DNA from: the human T2T-CHM13v2.0 reference genome, Homo sapiens
Assembly (NCBI RefSeq): GCF_009914755.1
Contig: NC_060929.1
Reading direction: 5' to 3' (one strand)
Length of the DNA: 64,000 bases
Positions 12,494-27,772 of the stretch are shown here, piece after piece. A program made the translations under genes and the position numbers. The stretch's first letter is position 1. Each line of letters starts with the position of its first letter. Below the pieces are notes generated by a model. That model searched no databases and was not told where the DNA came from. It worked only from the letters and a program-made list of their open reading frames with translations.

Positions 12494-13070
12494 TGTAAGG
12501 TACATGGATGTGCTTTGGTCAAAGAATAGACCGAGGCAGGTATCCAGGTCTGCAGGGCTCAGCGAGTTTGGCGCACAGGCGCATGCTTCCACTTGTTATA
12601 TAACCTGTTTGTGTAAGTTCATACTTGGCTCTGAGCCATTACTGTCTGTAAAAGGTATAATTGCCCTGCTAACACTGTATAGGGCCTCTTGGGGCTCAGC
12701 TTGACTCAACGTGGCTGGACATGTCTCTTGTGCAGGTGCTCTTGCATCCAGAGAAAGAGAGAAAGCCAAATTTGTCCGTCTTTGCAGACAGACAGAGGGG
12801 AGCCAGGACACAGCTCAGCTTGCTTGTGCCCAGACAGGTAAAGAGTTAAGCTGCTGACCCTGAAGGCAAGGGGAGCCGGCTGGGCAGCTGTGTGTGGAAG
12901 CTGGACTAAGCAGCTGAGACAGGGCAGTGCGAGAAAGCTGTTGATGAGAGCTGCTGCTGCTGAATAAAATCACCTTTCACCTGCCCACGGCTCCCTGACT
13001 GTTCTTTCTGCTCATCCACCCACTCCCTTCGGACCTCAGCATGACATTTGGCATAGTCCTGAAACTGACA
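12494..13070 (+). mobile_element. LTR18 (LTR18B-like) ERV-L-class solo LTR, 577 bp
   Basis: Starts TGTAAGGTACATGGATGTGCTTTGGTCAA, ends CTGACA; AATAAA at ~12963; perfect 5-bp TSD GAACC at 12489-12493 and 13071-13075. Confidence 0.85.
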
Positions 13071-13479
13071 GAACCAAAACACATTTAAAAAAAAAATCAA
13101 ATGTAACATTTTATGTTGACGTTTTCAAAGGGTGAATGTCATCAATGAAACAAATTCAAAATCTCTGTTAACGTGTTTAAAATTTGATTTTAAATAGTGA
13201 TGAAATTGAAACATGAAGTTTCTACTGTAGGTTCAAAACAGTAAAGAATACTGTGGAACTTAGACTGACTGTTTAAAATATTGAGCACTTAAGCACTGAA
13301 CATCTAATATTTTTAGAAGGATTCTGTTAAATATTCTGTTAAATTATGAAGCATACAAATCTCAAATCTTAGGCATAATTTGCATTCATGTGATCTCTTA
13401 TGGATAGCTGATATGAATATAATTCGGCATAAATATATTTAAAGGGTATTTGCAATACACTGACAATTCCCTGGATTTT

Positions 13480-13810
13480 CTATATAAAGTTGAAAATTTA
13501 TACACTCTATGACCCAGCAATTATACTCATGGAAGTGTAGCTCATCTTTCTAGGAGTTGAGAATATTCAAGTGGCTGTTCATAAGAGCAAACTTGGGACA
13601 ATTCAGATATCGACAGGATAATGGATTCACACTGTAGAATATTAAACAGTCCTGAAAAGAAATTTGCTACAGCTATAAGCAATGGTGTGAATTAAATGTT
13701 GTACCAATATTGAGGAAAGAAAACAGAAATATAGAAAGACTACACATAATAGTCTTGTAATAAAATTAATGATACTGAAACTAAATGATATTCTTTGAGG
13801 CATACACCAG
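13480..13810 (+). mobile_element. Ancient L1ME-type 3' fragment
   Basis: AAAGTTGAAAATTTATACACTCTATGACCCAGCAATTATACTC followed by diverged L1M 3' sequence. Confidence 0.5.
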
Positions 13811-13859
13811 GTGACCAAACACAGATTTATCTTATTTTACGTTTAGATTGAGGGGTTGG

Positions 13860-17168
<3,309 letters not shown>

Positions 17169-18160
17169 ATTAGGGGCTATGTTTGCAGTTTTATTATAGG
17201 CATATATTGCATGATGCTGAGAGTTAGGCTTCTGTTGATCACGTCACCCAGATAGTGAACACAGTACTCACTAAGAAGTTTTTCAGCCCTCCCCCACTTC
17301 CTTCCCCTTCTTCCTTCTTTTGAAGTCCCCAGTGTCTACTGTTTCCATCTTTGTGTCCCTGTATACTCAAGGTTTAGCTCCCACTGGAACATGCAATATT
17401 TTGTTGGCGGTTTCTGTGTTAATTCACTTAGGATAATGGCCTCCAGATGTATCCATGTTGCTGAAAAGGGTAAGGGCATGATTTCATTCTTTCTAATGGC
17501 TGTGCAGTATTTCATGGTGTATATGTGCCACATTGTCTTTATCCAATCTACCATTGATGAGCACCTAGCTTGATTCCTTCTCTTTGCTATTGTGAATAGT
17601 GCTGCAATAAACATATCAGTCGTATCAGTCCACTGGTCTTTTCGGTAGAACTGTTTTTTTTCTTTGAGCATATCCCCTGTAATAGGATTGCTGAGTGAAA
17701 TGGTGCTTCTATTTTTCCTTCTTTGAGAAAGCTCCAAACTGCTTTCCACATTGGCTGAACTGATTTACATTCCCACCAACTGTGTATAAGCATTTCCTTT
17801 TCTTCACAGCCTTGCCAACATCTGTTATTTTTTAACTTTTAAACAAAAGCCATTCTGACTGGAGTGAGATGGTATCTCATTGTGGTTTTGATTTGCGTTT
17901 CTCTGATGATTAATGATACTGAACATTTTTTCATATGCTCTTTGGGAACTTACAGGTCTTCTCAGAAGTGTCAGTTCCTGTTCTTTGCCCACTCTTTAAT
18001 AGAGTTATTTGTTTTATTCTTGTTAAGTTGTTTTAGTGCCTTATAGATTCTGGAAATTAGACCTTTGTTAGATGCATAGTTTGCAAATATTATCTCCCAT
18101 TCTGTAAGTTGTCTGTTTATTCTGATGATAATTTCTTTATATACAGAGCGTTTGTAGTTT
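17169..18160 (-). mobile_element. L1PB-like 3' end (tail remnant probably at 13826-13859, across the MSTA)
   Basis: TATATTGCATGATGCTGAG...GTCACCCAGATAGTGAAC; antisense ORF2 C-terminus (MFIAALFTIAKRRNQARCSS). Confidence 0.85.
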
Positions 18161-18689
18161 ACTCCTGGAAGAAGTGAAATGCTTCTAGTGCCAAAATAAT
18201 AACCTTTTCTTTCCCAGTGCATCTTTGGTTTAAACCACATGTATGAACTCAGACTTTTGTCATTTAAGATCCAATAATAGTAGACCTTCTATATGCTTTC
18301 CAATAGGTTCTCGTGTAGTCATGTCCCAGTGCCCTATAGTAGTGACTTTGATTATCTACCCATTAAGACTCTCAGCTGTGGTGGATTAGCAGCTGTGGAA
18401 GAGGAAGTGTCCTTTTGTAAAGGAATAGCCATGTAAACATGGTAAGGAGAAGATAACAGTCCTGCAAACAATAGCTACTGAAAAAGCCTGCAAAATATCT
18501 AAAAGAAATGTTAGCAGGAAATGTTGAAAGATTTTCACTGAAAAGATATTAAGCTTTATAAAAGTTGCCTGCACCCTGAATACATGGGAGATATATGGTC
18601 TTCCCATTCGGGCAGATACAACAGCAAAAAGAGAACAATCCTTCCATAATTATAATATAAAAACAAAATATTAAATTGTAATTACAATA

Positions 18690-19720
18690 CAACTTTTTTG
18701 CAAAAAACTTAAAAGAAATACTTTTATAGATCTTGCTAACTTAATTATAAACTTATCTAAAGAAAATTCTCAAGAATAATTAAAGACATGTAAAACGCAG
18801 TACAAAAAATTGTCTTACCAAGTAGCAAGGCATATTATAACCCCAGAATAATTAGAATACTATAGAATTGATATTCTAAATAGGCAAGTCAGTCATTGAA
18901 ACACAATACATGTATTAATACAGATACATAATTTCATATATATGCAGTTTATCATAAACATTGTATTTCAAGTCAATGATGAATAAAGGAGTCACAAAAA
19001 TAAATTATAGAAACATCAAAATGATAAAGATAAAACAAGGCAAATCTTTAAACATATCATAAGAAAATAAAAGAAATTCATTTAGAACACTGAGATAGAA
19101 AAGACCCTTGTAAACAAATTACAAATGAAAGTTTTTCCCTTTATGGTAAAAATCATAAAGGAAACAAAAGTTAATTTGATATCAAGAAAACATGCTTGAA
19201 TAAGACAAAGTCACTATAAAATTAAAATACGTGTTAAAACTTTAAAAATATTTGATATGTGTATAAAATAAAGGATTAATATTTAAAGTTTACTTTAAAA
19301 CCTACAAATACGCATAACCACAAAAATCCAATAGACCTAGGGGCCAAGTGTGGAGATAGGGAATTCAGAGGACAGGAAATCCAAACACTTCCAACACAGA
19401 GTCTGACCCACTCCCTGAGAATTGGATGTTTGGAAACTACAACACTGGGACATAATTTTTTGCCCACATCATTTGCAAAATTGAAAAATATAAAAATGCA
19501 CCATCAAATTTTGTTCACAATATAGGGAAACAGGCACTGTCATTTCTTGCGTGACAGATTGGTTCAACCTTCAAAGGACAACTTGGTAATATTTGCTGAC
19601 ATGATCAATGTGCTTCTCTTTTTGTCCATCATCTCCACTTCTCGGTATCAAATCTTAAGACATATTCACATGGGAAAAAAACAAGGTAGTCACACGACTT
19701 TCTATTGTATCTTTGTACTT
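18690..19720 (+). mobile_element. Highly diverged L1M(E) fragments
   Basis: A-rich ORF2-like remnants, e.g. TTGGAAACTACAACACTGGGACATAATTTTTTGCCCAC...ATAGGGAAACAGGCACTGTCA. Confidence 0.45.
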
Positions 19721-20228
19721 AGAATTACAGTACGGCAGAAAAGTACCTTGACATTCATCTTCAAGGGAATGGTTACACTAACCGTATACCCCCGTTGTGA
19801 AGTACTATGCTGCATACTCCCCAGTGACCAGCCCCTCTTAAATTCCAGACTGCTCAAAGGTAACCATGCTGCATTGTGGTGTATGTCTTTCCAGAATTTT
19901 AAGTACAGCATTTCCAGAGTTTTCATTGGAAATTATATATACATATGCATATATCTATGTTTACTTATATGAAAATTTGTGTATATAATATGTACATATG
20001 TGTATACATATTTATATATGGAAATGTGTATATATAATACATAATTTTGTTTACATGGGCTTTTCTGAACATAAAATTTTACTAGATATATATTTTTTTA
20101 CTTTGTAGTTTTTCGTTTTTAATAGGTTTTAGAGAGATCTGTATAATAACTCACAGAGCTCTTCCGAATTTTTATTAAGCTTGGTTTAAAAAACATGAAT
20201 TGATTATAAGGTACAGGAGAATGACCTA

Positions 20229-20370
20229 TGCATGTGTATGCACACGTGTGTGTCTGTGCATGCATGCATGTGTGCATGTGTGTATGTGAATCTGTTTATG
20301 TGTATAAGTAAAAATGTGTACATGTACATGTGCATGTGTGTGCATGAATGTATGTGTGCTTATGTATATG
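20229..20370. repeat. Degenerate (TG/TGCA/TGTA)n purine-pyrimidine tract
   Basis: Read directly. Confidence 0.75.
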
Positions 20371-21399
20371 TTGATTATTTTTAAATTATTAAACCAAACT
20401 TGAATTCCTCGGGTAAACTCAAATTGTCCATGTGCATTTTTACTTTTTGTTTGTCTGTTTTAACTTGCTATGTTTGTTAATATTTGGTTTAAAATATTTT
20501 TATTCACATTCAAGGAAGAAATACTGGCCTGTGGCTTTCTTTTTAGCACTTTCCTTCCCGGTATTAGCAGTAATATTTCAAAAACTGTTTTTTAAAAATA
20601 TTTTCTATCTGGTATAACAGAGGCTTTGCTATGTTTACTTACTATCTAATATGCTTATTTGATCATGCTGCTCATTTGAAAAATAACATTGGTATACTTT
20701 TTCATTACATTTTATTAATGATAACAATGGTCCTAGAACCTTTATTTTGTGGAGACGTTACTTATTCATCTTTAACCCTAAGCACAAGTTCTTTATTCTT
20801 GTGAATTCATTCATTCTGTGTGGCTTTAATAATCTCTGTGTTAATGGGGTCTCATTGTTGAAACCACACATGCACTACTTTGAATGGTGAGGGGTAAAGG
20901 TGGAAAATAATTAGTATCTATTTTAGGTCTCCAGGTCTTTCAGTGACAATAGGAAAAATGGGGAGCAAAACCAGAGTAATGAGGAGAGAACTTTGTCCAG
21001 AAGGGATGCTGGCTTAATTAATTTACCCAAGCTCATCTGAAGAGTGGAAAATGGACTCAAGGGGCTTCTATTCCCACGCATGTATTTTAATTGCTAAGTA
21101 TTGTATTGGACATTTTGCTTTTTCCCTGTTAAGAACTAATCTCATTATTTTAATAAAGATGCTTTATAAACCTGAAGTAAAAAAAGAAACAGAATCATAT
21201 AGTCAGCTTAATCCATCCATTCTTTTATTTAACTAAATGATAAACATTGACAATAAAGACATAAAACATGACATAAAATGAGAAGAAAAACTCGTAAATA
21301 GACATTGTTCCAACAACTAAAATATCACTGTGTTTTCCAGGCTCATAGTGATTTTTAATTAAGCTCGTTTTTCATTAGTATTTTTGTAACTTTTTAAAG

Positions 21400-21795
21400 T
21401 AACAGTATTTTCAACGTCATCATACAGTATCATAACCAGAATATGGGCACTCATACAGCCAAATCCAGAAGAATTCCATAATCACGAGGGTCTTCCACGT
21501 TGCCCTTTCACTGACACACTCACTTCCTTCTTGCCACCAGCTCCTTCTTAACCTTGCCCACCATTAATCGGTTCTCCACTTCAATAATCTGGTTCCTTTA
21601 AGAATGTTATAGAACTGGAATCATACACTATGCAGTTTTTTGGAAACGGCTTTTTTTTTTTCACATGGCATAATTCTTTAGGGACTCATCCAGGTAGTGG
21701 TCTGTATCAGTAGTAAATTACTTTTTATCACTGAGCAGTATCCTAGCCTACGGTTGTGCTATATTTTGTTTAATATTTACCCATCAAAGGACAGT
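21400..21795 (-). mobile_element. L1MC-type 3' fragment
   Basis: CCATTAATCGGTTCTCCACTTCAATAAT...AAGAATGTTATAGAACTGGAATCATAC...GACTCATCCAGGTAGTGG. Confidence 0.65.
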
Positions 21796-22849
21796 CGGGG
21801 GAGAGGAGTAACTATGCCACTTCTATCTATAAAGATGTCCAGTTTATTTGTCATGGAAAGGTAAGTGCAGTCCAGGATGGTCTGCCAGAGCTATTTCTGC
21901 CTTCTTCTCCCCCTGTCCGTCTTTGAAACTTAATTTTTGCTATTTTGTATCCCTGTAACAATGCATAAATATTTCCCTAATTTATCATCTGTAACTGGTT
22001 TCAACCATCATACACAGTGACTCTGAAATCTATGACGATTTTGGACAAGAATATTAGCACTCTTGCTTTCCCCACTGCCTTTCCTCTCAAGCCACATTAA
22101 AAATTTGCTCACATCTGCCCTGATCAAGATTTCTAAGACTTAAATGTGGCTTGCAACCATAATCAAGTCTTCGCTTTTATTTCCCATAGATTAATTCTAG
22201 CATTTGAAAACAAAATTGCTTCTACACACATACTATTATGATGAAACAAGTAATGTTTACTGAATACCATTCTCTTCAGCTATGATATCAAAAACCTCAT
22301 TTTGACAGAATTTACATGATTTGGTTTATACTCCTTGATGAAAATTAAGTCGAGTTTTGGTTTGTAAAATCTCTGGATGTTGTTCCTCTTGTACTCTGTG
22401 TGTGGTGGGGAAGGGTGTTTTCCTGCCCTTCCAAATGCATTTTTTCTTATGAAAAAGTAACATTTTTCTTCTTTACTGTATTCCTAGCACTGCCCACTCT
22501 ACTCTACCCATTTTATCAACTGCATGCACTCCACTCCATTTTTTCCCTTGGAGATTTCCTTCATGAACTCACTAATGTCTTGTTCTAATTTGGGTCAGTT
22601 GTTTTCTTGTCCAATCCAGAGTTGTCAATTTGAAGTTTTCTTTCTGATTGGGCCTCTAGATTCTTACATTCTTCTAGAAGATTAACAAAATAGCCTATTT
22701 TTAAATGTCTTGAGTCAGAAGACAAAGATTCAGATCCCAAGACTGAAAGTTACTTGTCCTGAATGTATTCCATTGAAGACAATGCTTCAAAACTACCTTA
22801 TGAAGATTAGCTAATTCCATCTTTCAGCCAAGTCTTTGGAGTATGCACC

Positions 22850-23000
22850 ATTGTTATCACTATTTGACAAATGAGGAAATGTGAGGACCTGAGGTTTAAG
22901 TCTATGCCCCAGGCCCCATCATCATTAAATTTTAGAGCTGCATTTGAATGAGTTAGGCAGTTTAACTTCAAATATTACTCTCTTATTGACTGTACTATAG
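22850..23000 (-). mobile_element. MIR
   Basis: TTGTTATCACTATTTGACAAATGAGGAAATGTGAGG...GAGGTTTAAG...TGCCCCAGG. Confidence 0.6.
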
Positions 23001-23759
23001 CAAGTTGTAAATAGTACAGTCTATTTTTGAGTCTCATTTCATTTGTAGAAACTATGATCATCATAATTATTGATATTAATGTAGGGTAAAAAGCCACAGG
23101 TCAAGAGTTACCAGGGAGCAGATCCTGAACACAGCAGAAACAGCTGAAAGGTTTGTGTTAACACAAACCATATGTGGGCCCCAAGAGAGCTGCATTGAAA
23201 TTGCCAGGCACAAGCACACTGGAATGGAAGCTTCTTGAAGGAAGGCAATGATGATGCTTTTCATGCTTGAGTCACCAGCACCGTGAGCACTTGGCTTGAT
23301 GCTGTACACACAGTAGGTGCTCAGTGTGTATTAGTCATAGGAGTGAGTCAACAGCAGAGTCTGTTCCATACACTTCTATAGCCCATCTTCCTTGCTCTAT
23401 TCTGCTACTCTAAGGACAGCACTAGTCATATAATAGTGGTGTATTTAAGTAGGTATTTGATCTTTGTGGCAGGAAAATGGTAGTTCCATTATAACTTAAC
23501 AGTAGAAGTTCCTATATTAGAATGTGTAACCTAGAGCAGAAACAGTGAAAATAAACATTCCTAGTAAGGCACATGGATATGGTAGAACAAGTATAGACTT
23601 TGTTGTCAAAGAGTTGCTCGGTTAATACAATTAGTCGAGTGCCTTCTATGTGCCAGGCTTTGCTCTAGATTCTAAAAACAAGATAGACAATAGCAAGCAA
23701 GGCACATTCAGCCTTGCCTATCTTATCTCTCTGATGATTGTTTGCTTGTTTTTTAAATT

Positions 23760-23930
23760 TTGGCTCTGTTAATAGTTGGGTATTTCCATATAAGGAATAT
23801 TATTCTAAGCCTCAATTTTTGTGTAAAATAGAGATATAAAAATACTTATCTCAAAGGGCTTTTGTGAGCACTACAGAACTTATATATAGATCTATGAGAC
23901 AGAATGAGAGAGCACCTGATGCATGATAAA
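23760..23930 (+). mobile_element. MIR (diverged)
   Basis: TCTAAGCCTCAATTTTTGTGTAAAATAGAGATATAAAAATACTTATCTCAAAGGGCTTTTGTGAG. Confidence 0.5.
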
Positions 23931-24020
23931 TGTGATTTCTCTTCTTTTTTTTTTTCCTTCACAGCTCAGGGACAGCTCATGCTGATCTCTTTTGCTATCT
24001 GAGCCCTAGCTTTCTTTGAA

Positions 24021-25295
24021 GACGACTCTCTGTTTAATAACTTGTGCTGGGATAACTGGCTAGCCATATGCAGAATAAAATTGGACCCTTACCTTTAACC
24101 ATGTACACAAATAAGTTCAAGAAGGATTAATGATATAATGTAGGGCCTCAAACTATAAACATCCTAGAGTAAAACTCTTCTCTAGATTGCCCTGGCAAAT
24201 AATTTTTGGCTAAATCCCCAAAAGCAATTGAAACAAGAACAAAAAATGGCCAGTGGGACCTAATTAAACTAAAAATCATCTGCACAGGAAAAGAAACTAT
24301 AAATAAACAGACAACTTACAGAATGGGAGAAAATATTTGCAAACTAGGCATCTGACAAAGCTATTCAGAATCTATAAGGAACCGAAATCAACAAGAATAA
24401 AACAAATAACCCCATTTAAAAATGGGCAAAGGACATGAGCAAACACTTCATAAAAGAAGACATACTTGGCCTGGTGCGGTAGCTCACGGCTGTAATCCCA
24501 GCACTTCGGGAGGCCAAGGCGGGCAGATCACTTGAGGTCAGGAGTTCGAAAAGAAGACATACAAGTGGCCCAAAAATATGAAAAAATGTTCATTACTAAT
24601 CACAGAGAAATGCAAGTCAAAACCATAATGAAACACCATCTCACACCAGTCAGAATGGATATTACTAAAAAGTCAAAAACCAAAGATGCTTGCGAGGCTG
24701 CAGAGAAAAAGGAATACTTATATGCTGTTGGCAGGAATGTAAATTAGTTCAGCCAATGTGGAAAGCAGGTTGGAGATTTCTCAAAGAACTTAAAATAGAG
24801 CTACCATTTGACCCAGCAATCCCATTAGTGGGTATACACTCAAAGGAAAATAAACCATTACAACGAATTGACACATGTCCTCATCTGTTCACCGTGGCAC
24901 TCTTCACAATAGCAAAGACATGGAATCAACCTAGGCGCCCATCAACTTTGGACTGAATAAATAAAATGTGGTACATATACACCACAAAATACTATGCAGC
25001 CATAAAACAGAATGAAATCATGTCCTTTGCAGCAACATAAATTGAGCTGGAGGCCAAAATTCTAAAGGAACTAATGCAGAAACAGAAAACCAAATACTGC
25101 ATGTTCTCACTCCTAAGTGGAGCATACATGGACATAAAAATGGGCATAATAGACATCAGGGACTACTAGAGGAGGGAGGAGGGATACTATGTACAGGGGA
25201 GTACTAGGCTCATTACTTAGGGAAGTATATCCACGTAAAAAGGCTGCACTTGTACCCCCATATTTAAAATCCAAGTTGAGATAAAAAAAAATAAA
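24021..25295 (+). mobile_element. L1PB-like 3' portion with A-tail, carrying an Alu fragment
   Basis: GTGCTGGGATAACTGGCTAGCCATATGCAGAA...; ORF2 remnant WKAGWRFLKELKIELPFDPAIPL; ends AAGTTGAGATAAAAAAAAATAAA. Confidence 0.88.
24468..24548 (+). mobile_element. Tailless 81-nt Alu 5' fragment
   Basis: GGCCTGGTGCGG...GAGGTCAGGAGTTCG flanked by a 14-bp TSD AAAAGAAGACATAC (24452-24465 and 24549-24562); no poly(A). Confidence 0.9.
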
Positions 25296-26539
25296 GATCA
25301 CTCAATGTACAGCATCAAATTTTGGACCACGATGTGGCCATCTGTGTTCCTAAAGGCCTGTAAATGACTTCTAAGCTTTCTGATCATCTTCATTGCTAGT
25401 GATCTCCTAGCCCTACAGGAAAGTACCTGGTGTCACGTTCAAGGCTCAATGCCCACTGGGCTGACCCAAGAGTGATTTTTGTGTTAGTTTCTCCCTACTT
25501 CCCTGTGCCATTCTGGATAGTTTCTTCAGATGGTAATTATTCTCACCTCCAGCTGTGGCCCCATTAAAAACAGAATGCTAGAGATGAAAACTCCTGGATC
25601 ACACTGGCAGACTCTACTTCAGACATGAACTCTGGAACTTGACGGCTATGATGGGTCTGTTCATGTTGCTTCCACAGGCTTAATGATGTCTTTAACATCT
25701 CCTACCTGAAGGCACCACCCATCATGCCACTGAGATGCACGGCCATATTTCAGTTAATTTAGTTAACTTGCTAGTTTGTAAAGAAACACAGTTCATACAA
25801 TAAGTTGTGCATCTCTTATTTTTTGGCAGGTCAGTTTTGATTGATGTGCCCTAAATAACAAGAGAAAAACAGTTCATGTTGAACCACCCATATGCTGAGG
25901 TGATAAACATATGTTCCAATTCGGAGCCAAGAGAAAAACAAAAAAACACAGTTTAAGCAAATCTTAGCTCTTGACAAACACTCACAGGGTATTTCAGTGA
26001 AGACATATGCACATAGCTCAGGAAATTAAGAAATTGTGTAGCTCAGTGTGGAAATGACACCTTTATACTCAGAGTTTCATGACCATTGTGATCTCATTCC
26101 TTCGGTGATCAGGGTTGAGTCTTGAACTTTTCCTGTGGATTTTCCCATCCGTAGACTGATGCTGCTTATCCACATAGGCAAGCACTACGAGGACAGAATG
26201 GGCTTCCTTATTACTTTACATCACACTAGAGCCACCATCTGGAGGTGATCACGTGGGAGAATTTGCTTCAGTAAGTGGAGTGTAATGGGACAGGGCTGTT
26301 GATTGCCATCTGTCCCGTTAATAGGAAGTGTGGGCTCAAAAAGTAGAAGAGGAAGTTGGCCCCCATGCTGCTTGACTTATTTTACACCCATCATTCTTTA
26401 ACTGTGGCCACACTATGGGCAATTTATTATTATTATTTTTTATTCCTAATCCTAGGTACACAATACTTACTGTTTCATGAAGATAAGCTTGGCTTTGCAC
26501 TGCAATTTATAGAAATTACATTTTTGTAAGGATTATCTA

Positions 26540-26611
26540 ATGACTGAGTCAGTCTCTGTGTTTTTAAGGTCCTCAGGTGATTCCTGTGCTCAGTAGAGTT
26601 GAGAATCACTG
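26540..26611. mobile_element. MER5A-like hAT-Charlie terminal fragment
   Basis: CTGTGTTTTTAAGGTCCTCAGGTGATTCCTGTGCTCAGTAGAGTTGAGAATCACTG resembles the MER5A terminus. Confidence 0.45.
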
Positions 26612-27285
26612 GAGAATGGGGAGGAGCCACATGATCACCACCCCCAATGTCATCTGTTGCCCAGAAGATGAGACCTCCAGAGGCTGCCACTTTGCAGAAG
26701 GGCATGGGGACATCCTCTTTTTGTCATGCTCTGCTTCATCCACAGCTGGCCTCTTGCTCAGTAACCCACCCTATGGTGCTGCCTTGACTTGACCAAATAG
26801 CCTCAGGTGTGGCCTTGGCACCTGCTGGCCATTCTGGAGTCACCGTTCCTCCACATGCAGCCACCTTCCTGCCATACTGGCTTTCCTCCCCTCTGAGGCC
26901 GCCTCTGTACTCCCCACTGTGTGGGCCAGGCACACTCTGCCTCTCTCTTCTAAGGCCTACACCCTCTGAGACTCCAGGGATTTTATGAAGCCTCCTTGTC
27001 TTGTCTGCAGCTGCCAGGGGACCCGTGAAAGAGACTTGCCTTCTTGGACCTCTTGCAGGCTGCGTTCTCTACTCCTAGTCCTGGATTTTAAATAACCACT
27101 TCCTGGTCCTGGATCTTAAAGAAGCTTCCAGAACGTCTTCCCTGGGGGCTAAGCCATAGCAGACATAGCCCCCCAAGCAAGCATAGATCTAGCTGGCAAA
27201 CTCCTTTGTTTCCAACCTGTAATTCTGTTCACAGAATTTTTAATGGCTTCCATTAAATGGCTTCCATTTAAAAATCGCAATGACG

Positions 27286-27598
27286 GGCCAGGTGCAGTGG
27301 CTCACACCTGTAATCCCAGAACTTTGGGAGGCCAAGGCAGGCAGATCACAAGGTCAGGAGATCAAGACCATCCTGGCCAACATGGTGAAACCCTGTTGTC
27401 TACTAAAAATACAAAAAATTAGCTGGGTGTGGTGGTACGTGCCTGTAATCCCAGCTACGGGGGAGGCTGAGGCAGGAGAATTGCTTGAACCAGGGAGTCA
27501 GAGGTTGCAGTGAGCCAAGATCATGCCTGGCTACAGAGTGAGACTCTGTCAAAAAGAAAAAAGAAAAAAACAGCAAAAAAAAGAAAAGAAAAAAAAAA
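27286..27598 (+). mobile_element. AluSc-like SINE
   Basis: GATCACAAGGTCAGGAGATCAAGACCATCCTGGCCAAC and CCTGGCTACAGAG; ~14-bp deletion in the right arm; long A-tail. Confidence 0.9.
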
Positions 27599-27609
27599 TT
27601 CACAGTGAG

Positions 27610-27772
27610 GGCTGGGTACAGTGGCTCATGCCTGTAATCCCAGCATTTTGGGAGGCTGAGGCAGGAGAATCACTTGAACCTGGGAGGCGGAGCTTTCAGT
27701 GAGCTGAGATCGTACCCCTGCACTCTAGCCTGGGTGACAGAGTGAGACTTTGTCTCAAAAAACAAAAAAAAA
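27610..27772 (+). mobile_element. Monomeric Alu (left-arm start fused to right-arm end)
   Basis: GGCTGGGTACAGTGGCTCATGCCTGTAATCCCAGCATTTTGGGAGGCTGAGGC runs directly into AGGAGAATCACTTGAACC and the right-arm tail. Confidence 0.88.
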
